A stretch of DNA of 64,000 bases from Blepharisma stoltei ATCC 30299. Lineage: Eukaryota; Protista; Ciliophora. Under the pieces are notes generated by a model. The model saw only the letters and a list, made by a program, of their open reading frames with translations. It had not been told where the DNA came from and made no database searches. Position 1 is the stretch's first letter. Each line of letters begins with the position of its first letter. Position numbers and translations under genes: made by a program. Positions 12,520-23,731 of the stretch are shown here, one piece after another. The stretch covers positions 620,001 to 684,000 of the forward strand of contig CBFDEM010000044.1 in NCBI GenBank assembly GCA_965603825.1, read 5' to 3'.

Positions 12520-13263
12520 ATGATGGATGACTCTCTAAAGTAATTTTCATCCAGTTATTTAGAAGAAGACTCAATAATCTGCATCAATTCTCCTACCCAG
12601 CGATCTTCAGACATAAAAGGCTCAATGGGACTGGACTTCAATAAAATCCAAAACGACAAAAACCCTCCTCAAATTTTTACTCAAAATCATTTTCATTCAT
12701 ATTCATGCTCTACCGTTATTCCTACAGAAACTCATTCGTCTCTAAAATTACCTATAAAGACTCAGCGGCAAGGCCAAGTTTTTGAGCGATTAGTCCAAGA
12801 TGTGAATGCCAGACATGAGTTAAAAGCAAAAATAGAAGAATCCAATAAAATTCTTGAAAACCAAAAAGTTTTGGAATTTAAGTCAAAAAAGCGAATTTCT
12901 TTAAAAGAAAAAGACGATCTTTATAACAGACTTGTGGAAGATGAAAACAGAAGAGAAAAAATTAAAAGAGAAATGCAAGCCATAGCAGAAGCTCAGGAAT
13001 TAGAAATTCTGAAGAAGAAAAAATTATTGACAAAAAAAGAAGTCAATGTTTTATTAGATAGGCTACATGGGTATCATGAAAAGAAAAAAGAATGATTAGA
13101 AGCTATTGAAAAAGAAAAAATTAAACTGGAGCAGCTAAAATTAAAAGAATTGGAGAGCTTTACTCCTAGAAAAACAAGGGACTCAGATTTGTTTCAAAGA
13201 TTAAGTATTCCAAAATCTCCAAGAAGTTTTTTAGAAAGTAAAGTTAGATGGTCACTTAAATAA
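12520..13263 (+). CDS. Coiled-coil hypothetical protein, one 15-nt intron
   Basis: ATG at 12520, intron 12540-12554, TGA at 13093-13095 read through to TAA at 13261-13263; VFERL/LYNRL/LLDRL/LFQRL repeats. Confidence 0.7.
12540..12554 (+). other. 15-nt spliceosomal intron GTAATTTTCATCCAG
   Basis: Removes an in-frame TAA and links ATG 12520 to track ORF 12625..13095 in frame. Confidence 0.72.
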
Positions 13264-13423
13264 AAACGTTTCAAAATGGCGTAATTAGTTTAATAATGAA
13301 TTGTTTTGAGCTAAATAATACTTCGTTTTCTTTTTATTATTAGCAGAATAATATTGTGAATTAAAGTCTATTTTATTGATATTTATGCATATTTTTAATT
13401 AAAATTTGTATAAGTTTATTTTA

Positions 13424-14134
13424 TTACTTAAAAATCCAAGGTAAGCTTTTGCCTTCCTTTACTCTGTGCTGATATTCTTGATATCTTTTCTTCAATATAT
13501 TATAAAACGTTGAAATCCAATAAAACGACAAAATTTCGAGCGAAAATGCTATAGCTCTCACGGGCCAAAAAACGCTCCAAGAAGTGACTACTTCATAAAT
13601 AATCACAGGTCCAATAATAAATCTCGCAAAAATAAACGTAAAAATATATGTCAGCTCTGCTAACAGATAAATTTTCGTGTCTCTTTGATTATTATACCTC
13701 AGGATTTCTTTAATCTGTAAAGATGGATTTGGTAAAACTCCAATAAAAGACCCATACAATATTTCCACAATTCCGTTGTTGCTTGAGAGCCCACAAATTG
13801 ATCCAATAATTACGAGTGAGTGGTGGATCACAATAAAATTGTCTGAGATCCCAAACTTTATTTTGCAAATTGTGTCGTAAATGTGGTATCCTAACATCCA
13901 CAAAATGATTTTGATTTGGAAATAAGTGTTGTCTGAACCTAGCTTGGCTTCATTGATTACTGTGATGGTAGTGAAAGTAAGGTAGAACACTCCATGTATA
14001 AAAGTGACGAGGCGGTTTCGGAAATCCCAAAGCTGTCTTGTAGGCAAATCAGCTTCTACAAGCTGTGAGAACAAGAAGAATAGGAAAGTCCAAAATGCGA
14101 TTGATATAAATAAAGTTGAAACGTAGTCTATCAT
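13424..14134 (-). CDS. TLC (TRAM/LAG1/CLN8) domain membrane protein, TMEM136/TLCD5-like
   Basis: NRLVTFIHG, GYHIYD, FIVIHH, NPSLQ and F.FAR motifs; about six TM helices. Confidence 0.85.
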   Translation of the reverse strand: MIDYVSTLFISIAFWTFLFFLFSQLVEADLPTRQLWDFRNRLVTFIHGVFYLTFTTITVINEAKLGSDNTYFQIKIILWMLGYHIYDTICKIKFGISDNFIVIHHSLVIIGSICGLSSNNGIVEILYGSFIGVLPNPSLQIKEILRYNNQRDTKIYLLAELTYIFTFIFARFIIGPVIIYEVVTSWSVFWPVRAIAFSLEILSFYWISTFYNILKKRYQEYQHRVKEGKSLPWIFK

Positions 14135-15773
14135 TTAATTTTTATATGATGAAATTTTTGTAACAGATAAATGGACTATTAAATTTGTAACCTACATGAT
14201 AAGATTACAAAATAAATGAGCTTTTGAGGTTGAGATATATAGAAACATTAGTTATTTATTGAAGAAAAATATTATTTAGACCGATTGAAATTCACATATA
14301 AGCCTTCAAAACGAGTATTTATATACTTAGATCAAAAATATTTAATAAGAGTTGATTTTCTAACATTTAGAGGAATAATTAAAATAGTCTATCATAATAT
14401 AACTCAGCTAGAATCAATGTCATTATTTCTTGTCTCTATTTTTGATAGTAACACATCATCTTAAAATTAAATAGTCATATAGAGTAAATTTATTAACAAT
14501 ATAAAAATTCTTCATAAAGTTATTTTTTCACAGAAATTTATTAAGATAAGAGCTTATCTTTAAGCAAAATCAGTTTATTTGAGTAGATTCTTCAAGTAGT
14601 TTGCATTTGGAACTAAATTAATAGAAAAATTCAGATTCATGAATGATAACTATTTGATTATTTTATTGCTAATAGTCTAGCATAATAAATATTTAAAATA
14701 ATTTAATTTATCTTTCATAATTGATTAGAAAAGCAGTATTCTTCAAAATACAACTGAAATTATAAAAACAAAATTTGACTGATTAAATTTGAAACCGACA
14801 TTTTGAAGAATTTTAAAATTCAAAATGATAAAAATATCAAGTTTTCTTGGACCAAAAGCTTATTTAAAGCATTTATAAACGCTAGAGTAGTTGTTGATAA
14901 CACATTTTCCAAATTAAGCCTATAGAATTTGAATTGACCTTTATGAGATTTTTCGGGATAATTATATAATAAAACTAAAATAAATTCAAATTAAATTTAA
15001 TTAAAACTTAATTTGTATTTATTTTCAATTTTAATTATTTGCTAAAATAAATTTTTTCTAAAGCACATTAGCACATTTGATGATGAGGCATGGAAATACA
15101 TTAAAGTCGGATATCTTTTAGCAGAAATTGCAGAAATCGATGACTTAACTATATGTGAAACCAGTTTAAACAAAGAATAGAATTAGAGATGACCTACTAA
15201 ATAATTTAAATAAAATTGAAAATTTAGGTTTAAATAGGGATGCTTAGTTATGACACTAAGATAAATTTATAGATTCAAGAAAATGGTTTTATTACAAAAA
15301 TTAAAATTTTATCTTTCTATAATTCACGTTTGGAATTACATTAATTGCGGTGCGAGCATAGTTTGCATATTTATAATTGCCGCTGGTTTTTCTCTTTGTC
15401 TGTACTTTTAGGAGTTTTTGATTGTGAAATTGGATATATTCAAAACTAAATAATATGCGTGCTTATAAATGAAAATACCAAAGCGATCTCTGAATGAATT
15501 TTAGTAACGATTTATATAATGAGCCACTATTTTTTGCCTTTTTACAAAGAATTTTTGCTAATTTTAACATTGAATTCTGGAAAATAAAACGAAAATAAAA
15601 AATCACTCGAGGATATTGAGCTAGCTGATTTTGATCCTTAAATAATAATTATAGATTTCAATTTTAATATTTTTTATTACTAAATTCTTTATATTTCTTA
15701 TTATTCCTTTTCAGGAATGAAATTACTTTATCAATTATTCCATTTTCTTGAACCTTTGATAATTATAATTATC

Positions 15774-17043
15774 ATGGAATGCTGAAAGCAGAGATGCCAA
15801 AATAAAGAAAAGTTTTTTGCAAATGTGAGAATCATATCAGCTACTCTTGCGTCACTCATATATATAAGCGTCTTCGAAATGAGTCTATTAGAAGGCATAA
15901 ACCTGAAACCTTAAAAGTAAAAGTAAATCAAAGAAATAAGGAAGCTTTAAGTGAAGAGTTACAAAAGCTATCAAAACATTGCTTGATGTAAAAGAAAACT
16001 TAAACAAAGACACATATATGAAAATGCAAGAATTAAAAATGCCACTTATTAAAGCTCTAGAAAATATAGAGAGAATAAATCAAGTGGATTTGATTAATAA
16101 GATTTACTCCATCAAAAAAATATCAAAAGTAAATCCATATCCGTTTGAAATGCTATTAAGCTTAGATCCAGAGAGTGCCCGAAAAAAGTTGAATGAGTTT
16201 TGGTGCAGTTTTAATTATTGGGATTTTGAATTTAACAAAAATGATAGAATCGATACTGTTGAAAACAATGAAATTGTATACTTCTTTAAATATTGTTTTA
16301 TTTTTATTAGTGAGACATATTTTTAGGGCTAATACAAAAACCTTGGTTAGAGTAAATTTGACTAATTTTTCAAATTCTGAGCAGGAGATGGAAATTCTTC
16401 AAAACAATGCTAGTCGTACTTATTGTATTTCAATGTGCCTTCATGATAAATCTATATTTTGCTATGGTAATTATCCTGCAACAGCATTTATATTAAACCC
16501 AGATAGCACTATTAAAAAGCTTTCAGATGGAGATCCCCCATCAAGCATGGGTGCTGTGTATCATGATGGCTTTATTTGCTTATTTGGAGGATGAACCGCT
16601 GCAGGCAATACAGCAGCAAAATATAAGCTATCAACTGATACGTGGCATAAAATTTGCTCTCTGAATGAAGCTCTGCGCAACGTTTCATGTATTGTAGGAA
16701 ATTATGGAATCGCATTTGTTGGCTATGAAAATAGCAAACTATATTTATATAATCATGCTCAAGATATTTATAATGAAATTTATCTCAACTTTGCAGCTAA
16801 AACTTTCAAAGTCTTGCTCCAAGCAGAAAATCGAGTATTTTTAATCGATTCCGCAAAAAATATATATAAAGTGAGCCAAATCAGCTAAGCAATTGGCAAA
16901 TTATAGTAGATTCGCAGATTAGCTATGGTTGCAGAGTAGCATATCAAGCTTACTTCAATCAAAGTTGCTATTTTACGGATAGGGAATGTAAAATATATAA
17001 ATTTGATATGATCAGATTAGATTTAGCAATGATTCAGGTATAA
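15774..17043 (+). pseudogene. Zn-module/coiled-coil/Kelch-like family 1, copy A (frameshifts, ~40-bp insertion)
   Basis: Starts ATGGAATGCTGAAAG and is colinear with intact copy 39661..40917; frameshift near 15810 and an insertion at ~16279-16318. Confidence 0.85.
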
Positions 17044-17769
17044 TGAATCAAAATTTGAATAATTTAATTTTGTTTTTAGCATCAAAATAAATAAGTTGTA
17101 ATATTAATTTGTTATACTTTCACAATTGAACAAATTGATTTTCAAGTAGACGATTATTTAGCATAAATTTTATATATCTATTAAATGACGATTGCGCTCA
17201 GCCCATTCTCTCATGTGACGGTTAGCTATGCATATCAGGGCAATATTTGAAGCCTGGAGTTAGACCAACATATGGTGCCACAAAGCGAGGGATTAAAGCA
17301 AAAATCCGTTTCTTTGTCCCTGATTCAATGTGTGATTACTCATGATTTATTTTTGCAAGCAGCACTCAAGCTAGCGGATGCCCGAATGGATCGAGTGAGC
17401 ACCTACTCATGCTGCTAAGGTGATCTACCCTTAATCGAGGAAGATATTGAGTGCTTTTTGGGTGACCTGGCAAAAGGGAAGGTTAAAGGGCTCAGAAAGG
17501 GAGTGATATTGACCATGGATGATGGGTAGAGAGATTAACTATTTGACCGAAGTGACCAAGTCAGATACGGTGGTACTCCTGCAAAGGTTCGACCAAGCAA
17601 GATAATACCAGTAATGGAAACCAAGGTTTAGCCTAGGTTTGGAGTTATCAAAGGTGGAAGTCACCCAATCCGATTGTACTCCAGGCTGTTTAGTCGGCAC
17701 AGGATCCCGTCTGTGTGAAATGGGGAGCTAAGCAAAATTTATTATTAATTTAAACCCTAAAATTAAATA

Positions 17770-17990
17770 TTTGTTATTATAAATCATTGTTAATCCTTTG
17801 CTTATAGTTCTCCTTTCAGCTCCTATATAGACAATCATTTTATCACCGCATCTCTGGTAATCGATATAACGAATTGTTTCTTTATCTATGGACTCTATTT
17901 ATTTGTCCCAATGCGTGGCAATTTTTACTGCGAGACGAATGTAAGACCTAAATTGTGGTTTGAAATCTCAGCAGTTGATATTATTTAGGC
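17770..17990 (+). pseudogene. TLC-gene 5' relic downstream of copy A
   Basis: Homologous to the N-terminus of the TLC pseudogene at 50553..51274 (RIVSFI.GL segment). Boundaries approximate. Confidence 0.6.
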
Positions 17991-18149
17991 TATGCTATAT
18001 AACCCAAAACCTCTTTTGGCTCGACTTCTCGATCTTCCAATAAAATAAGCGAGTAGGTTGAACCAACTTATGTTGGTCAAACAAATCGGCAAATAAATGA
18101 AGCCCAAATCGAGCAAGAAATAAATATGACTTGAATTAAAATAATCTTA

Positions 18150-18450
18150 AAATATTTTATTATACACCCAGAAATAAAAATATTTCTATTAAATTGCTCT
18201 ATTGCTACATAATCAACTTTTGATCGTTGAACTAATTTGATATTGCCTTTGTTTAAATAAACCTGCAAGATAGAGATAATGATAATAGGCATTTTCATTG
18301 AAATAAATGGCTGATGAACTATAGAAATGGTGCTTAAGCCGGCTATATCGATAGAGAAATCAAAAAAATCAAGGAATTTTATGGACTAAATCCAAATCTT
18401 CTGCAAGATATAAGTATTTGATAAAGATGTAATTAAATCTTGAAAAATTA
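18150..18450 (+). pseudogene. Decayed paralog fragment of the XPA-like domain of the F-box/Rab fusion family
   Basis: Broken NC.YC..., TCK and IKKIKEFYGLNPNLL match NCVYC, ICK and VKQIENRYEVDPNLL of 18810..20252. Boundaries approximate. Confidence 0.5.
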
Positions 18451-18809
18451 AAGAAAACGAAAAAATTTATTTGGGGTTAATTTCTTTTGAAGAAGTTACT
18501 TAGATAGTATGAGTGGATTATTCTAATTCAGTAAAGGCCATAGATTGTATAGCAAGCTTCATAAACACCTTATAAGAAAAATCTATAATTGCATTAAATA
18601 GGAAAATATGGTATAAACTTAACTTTAAATTAGGAAATTCTAACTGAAATGAAGCTAAAGAACTCCATTTTTTAATTGAAATTTAGTATTGCCTTTAATT
18701 ATAGATGATTGGCATGCAATTATAAAAATAAAATTTTTTAAAATGACACAAAACTCAAATAGGCTACATTCAATAATAATGATAATTACTGTATATAATT
18801 TATTTAAAA

Positions 18810-20252
18810 ATGAGAATCTCATTTTATTTAGAAGAAAGTCAATGCCAAAGAAACTGTAGCTGCTGTCCAAAGACTATAGAAAAAGGAGACTTAACAGTAA
18901 GAACTTGATATTATTTAAGATTTTATTTTTTTCACCTGAGCTGTTATACCCCAGGGCTCAAGCAGCCCATCTATAAAAAAGACTTACAAATTTGACTAGC
19001 AAACCCAGAAAAAGAAAAAATTTTCAATTTATGGCTTGAGAAATGAAATAAAAACTTTGCTCCAATAAATGAACTCGAAATTGATCTCCCAATGGCTTCT
19101 AAATTCACTTACTCGAAGCCTTCTACTTATAGAAGAGCATGATTAGAAACCTTTAAATTTCTAAACGCAAAAGAAATTGCTTTATCAATTTCTCACGTAA
19201 ATAAAGATTTTTACCTCATTTCATGTGACGAAGAATTATGATATTTTAATTCTATAAGAGATTATGGCAAAATAGAGCCTGATATAAGAAATTATAGAGA
19301 GCAATATATTTTATTTACTTTGAGAAACTGTGTGTATTGCCACAAAAATGCTGACGAGGATAATATTGTAGGAAATCTTTATAATAAGTCGATTTGTAAA
19401 GCTTGCAAAGGATTGAGACGGTTTGATAAAATGACTGTAAAGCAAATAGAAAATCGATATGAGGTTGATCCAAACCTTTTGGGTTTGAAATTTGATATGA
19501 GTGTAGAAGGCTGAAAAAGGACTTATAGATTTATGGCGATAGAAGCAATAAAGAAAAATAACGCAAGCTTTATAAAAGTCAATCCAACTGGGATCAATGT
19601 AGGTGAAGAAAATAATTTGGACTTGGTACTTCCAAAAACGCCTTTGAATAAAAGAATTATAAAAATAATCATAGTTGGTGACTCAACTGTCGGCAAAACT
19701 TCTCTCATGAATCAATATGTCATCAAAAGGTTTTCTGAGGTATACAGAGTTACTATTGGTGCTGACTACATGGCGAAAAATATCAATATAGATGGCAAAC
19801 TAATGACTCTTCAAATCTGAGATAAAGCAGGCTGAGAGTGCTATTTCAGCGAAGAAGCTGCGTTTTACAGTGAAGCTGACTGCTGTATATTGGTCTATGA
19901 CATAACATCATGTAAAAGCTTCGAGAATCTTAAATCATTAAAAGAAAAAATTTTGTCGCTCAGGAACGATAAAACTGATGTAAATTTTCCATTTATTGTA
20001 GTGGGAAATAAAGTTGACAGAGAAGATGAAAGAAAAATCTCAAGTGAAATTGCGAGGCAATGGTGCAGAGAAAACGGAAATATTCCGTTTTACGAGACCT
20101 CAGCTAAGGAGTATATCAATATTGATAACGCTTTTATGATGATTGCAAGAAATGTACTGATGCATGCTGAAATAAACACATCTGAGTGTGATTTTCCAAA
20201 TCCAGATGCTGAGAAAACCATAAAAAGGAGTCCATCATGCGTTGTTATCTAA
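18810..20252 (+). CDS. 480-aa fusion: PARP-type Zn finger + F-box + XPA-like Zn/helical domain + Rab7-like GTPase with CAAX
   Basis: Single frame from ATG 18810 to TAA 20252 with only TGA inside. CSCCPKTIEKGDL...FHLSC; WLETFKFLNAKEIALSISHVNKDFYLISCDEELW; CVYC-x18-CKAC...KMTVKQIENRY...LKF; GDSTVGKTSLMNQYV, TIGAD, QIWDKAGWE, ADCCILVYD, FPFIVVGNKVD, ETSAK; ends CVVI. Confidence 0.85.
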
Positions 20253-20941
20253 GTGCAAAAAATTATTATTGATAAGATTTTATATTAGTTGAAATTTTAA
20301 ATTATGAAAGCTGCACGAAAAACAAAGCTGGCTACCATTTATATCTTAAACTAGTGTCAACACTCATTGTATCAATTGCACAATTGCTTATTTCAATATT
20401 TTTGGGGCTTGGAGGCTTTCAAGTCAGGCTATTATTGGGAGAATAGGCAGTCCATCATAAATAGTTTAAGATTTTAAAAATTTTCTAATAATTCGGATAA
20501 ACCTCAAAATATTAATGCTAGGCTATTTTCTTCTGAACTTAAGCAATATATTATATGTGCCGCTGGTTTTCACTTCGTCCGTATTTTAGGAGTTTTTGCA
20601 TTTACTTCAATTATCAAGCCAAATTGGGCATATTCAAAACTAACTAATGTGCGCTTATAAATGAACATACCGAAGCGATCTATGAATGAAATTCAGTGGC
20701 TATCTCTATAAAGCGGCCACTATTTCTTGCCTTTTTAAAGGATTTTTGCTTATTTTAACTATGAATCCTGGAAAATAAACTAAAATAATAAACCAAGTAA
20801 AGATATTGAACTAGCTCTTAAATAATAATTATAGATTTAATATTTTATTTCGAAATTCTTATATATTTCTTATTCTTCCTTTTAAGAACGAAATGGCCTT
20901 ATCAGTTATTCCATTTTCTTGAATCTATAATAATAATAATC

Positions 20942-22636
20942 ATGGAATGCTGAATGCAAGGGTGTCGAAAAAAAGTTAAAGTTTTCTGCCAATGTGCGAA
21001 TCCTGTAGCCTACTCTTGCGCCGCTCATATATATGAGCATCTTCAAATTGCTTCGTTTTTAAAGCATGATCCTCAAACCTTAAAAATAAAAATAAATCCA
21101 AAAAACAAGGAAGATTTAATTGAAGAACTACAAAAGCTATCAGAAGAATTGCTTGATATAAAAGAAAACTTAATAAAAGAAACATATAAGAAAATACAAG
21201 AGTTAGAATTATCACTTATTGAGGCGCTAAAACGTATTAACAAGATAAGACTAAATCAAGGTGAATTAATTAGAAATATTGAGATGGTAAAAAAATTACC
21301 AAAAATAAATCAAAATCCGCTTGAAAATCTTTTAAGCTTAGATTCAGATAGTGCCCGAAAAAAGTTGAACGAGTTTGGATGCAGTTTTAATCGTTCAGAT
21401 TTTGAATTGAACAAAAAAGATAGAACCGATATTGTTGAAGACAATGAAATTGTGTATTTTAGGGCTAAATCAAAAAACTCAGTTAGAGCAATAATAAATA
21501 ATGCATCCCAGCCTCAAAAAGCTAATGAGACTCAGGGAAATATGCTAAGCCTAGATTCAATTGCAGCTGATCAATCTCACTGTTCTTTAACCATAGCCGA
21601 CCTCATAAAGCTTCAAAGTGTGCTTCGAGGATACTTTGATCGAAAAAAGACAAAAGAAGCTTGCACAAGTCTAAAAGCTGATCAAGTCGAAATAGAGCTA
21701 GGAAACCAAAAGGCAGCTTCCGAATCCCAACCTCCCTTCTTCAGAGGCTACATGCAAAATGATATGCAAGACATCCCTATAACAGGCACCGAAATCATCC
21801 TGATTCCTGATGGAAATGTCCCAGATTATTCCAATAATGAAACAAGAGCTGCCCAATCCAAGCTTGGGAACTTCAGCCCTCCTCCCCCTCCTAACGATCA
21901 GACTGTCAAAACAAAGCATGGGCCTGCTCAGATTGAAAATGGAGCAATTTATACAGGGGAATGGAATAATGATAAACAGAGACATGGCTATGGAGTCCAA
22001 GTGTGGCCTGACGGCTCGAAATATGAAGGGTACTGGATGTTTGACAAAGCAAATGGAAAAGGAAGACTCATACATGGAGATGGAGAAGTCTATGAAGGAG
22101 ACTGAAAAGATGACAAAGCCCATGGCTATGGAGTTTATATGCACACTGAAGGAGCTAAGTATCAAGGTAATTGACAAGATGATAAACAGCATGGAAAAGG
22201 AATAGAAACTTTTCCTGATGGAACTAGATATGAAGGAGATTATATCAATAGCAAAAAAGAGGGCCGAGGCATTTTCATTTCGGCCGATGGGAACACTTAT
22301 GATGGGGAGTTTCAAGATGATAAACCCCATGGAATCGGAAAATATACATGGAGCGACGGCAGAATCTATATAGGAGAGTGAAAGAACAACAAAATGGATG
22401 GCAAAGGGCTATTTAAATGGCCTGATGGGAGAAGCTACGAAGGTGAGTATGTTGAAGATAAGAAGCAAGGATATGGCACTTTTACTTGGCCAGACGGAAG
22501 GAAATACCAAGGATTTTGGTTTAATGGAAATCAGCATGGGAAAGGTGTTTTTTTCTTTGCACAAGGGAATAAAAGAGAAGGAGAGTGGAAAAATGGGATA
22601 AGAGTCAATTGGATTTTAGATGAAAATAATAATTAG
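20942..22636 (+). CDS. 564-aa chimera: family-1 Zn module + coiled coil fused to IQ motif + MORN repeats (copy B)
   Basis: Uninterrupted frame with TGA=Trp at MORN YxGxW positions (e.g. 22103). Family-1 sequence runs to 21488, then [16 protein letters not shown] (IQ) and about ten YEGxWxxxKxHGxG repeats; TAG stop. Confidence 0.87.
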
Positions 22637-22644
22637 CTTAACTT

Positions 22645-22888
22645 CAGATAGACATTCTTCAAAAAATGTGAGTCTTTCTGAAGCTATTTCTATGTGTCTT
22701 CTTCCTGATAAATCTATATTTTGCTATGACAATTATCACCATTTATATTACACTCAAATAACACTATTAAACATCTTTCAGATGGAAATCGGTCATCAAA
22801 TATGAGCGTTGTGCATCATGATGGCTTTATTTACTTATTTGGAGGATGAAATGCTAGAGGTAGTACATCAAATAAAGCAGCAAAATAT
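22645..22888 (+). pseudogene. Orphaned propeller remainder of family-1 copy B
   Basis: CAGATAGACATTCTTC...ISMCLLPDKSIFCY...HDGFIYLFGG resumes right after the MORN stop and is decayed. Confidence 0.8.
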
Positions 22889-23731
22889 GGAGACTTTGCA
22901 AAAATTTTATAATTTTTGTAAATATTTAAAATCTAAGGTAAACTTGCAGGTTTAAAGTATAAAAAGAATTAAGTAATCAATCAAACTAAAATACGTTAGA
23001 TTTGAGTTGGAGTATCAGGTTTAAAAATTTTAAAATGTTTATGAATTTTAATCATTTCTATAGATTAAGGAAAGGGAAGAAGCTAGAAAGATTAAAGAAA
23101 AAATAAAATATAATGAATTTTAATTAAAAAGGTCTCATACGATTCTTTAAGTTGCAATAAATGGCATTTCTGGTGATAAATTGAATAAACTAATTAGAGA
23201 TTACCTATTAAACGTCACATGATTTTAAATTTCCATATTAAAATTAAAAATTATAGACAATATAATGCTTTTTCTCTCTCGGAATATTAAAATAATGGGA
23301 GTTAATTATTCAATACCTTACCAATTTCGAGGAGCAAAGCAGTTATAAAAGTCCGTTTTTTAGAAAAAATAATCCCACTTCATTTGTATTATTAATTTTT
23401 AAAATATTAAGAAACTCTTGATGCTATTTATTTAATTGGCTGGTTTGTATCTCTTCATTCGTTATGATTTTATTTCTATTTCCAAGAAAAATTGTCTTTT
23501 AAATTTTCATTTATTAACTGTGATTTTTTCATTCATGGAAACAGAACTATCCATGAAAAATTTCTCCATTTCTTAACTCCCGTTGTCTACAGAAGCTAAA
23601 TTAGAGGATTAACCATGTTTTGTAATAATAAACTTTGCTTAGATTTTGACTTGAAAATTATATTAAAAATATTTCGTAATTTATTTATTTTCATGTTAAA
23701 AAGCAAATTAAATTATGGAAATTTTAATTTA

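Noticed and set aside
483-22105. In-frame TGA as selenocysteine or stop read-through
   Set aside because: TGA falls at conserved Trp positions in unrelated proteins and interchanges with TGG, not TGC/TGT.
21698-22330. 210-aa antisense ORF and 21810..22205 alternative-frame ORF
   Set aside because: Shadows of the MORN-repeat coding region with no independent motifs.
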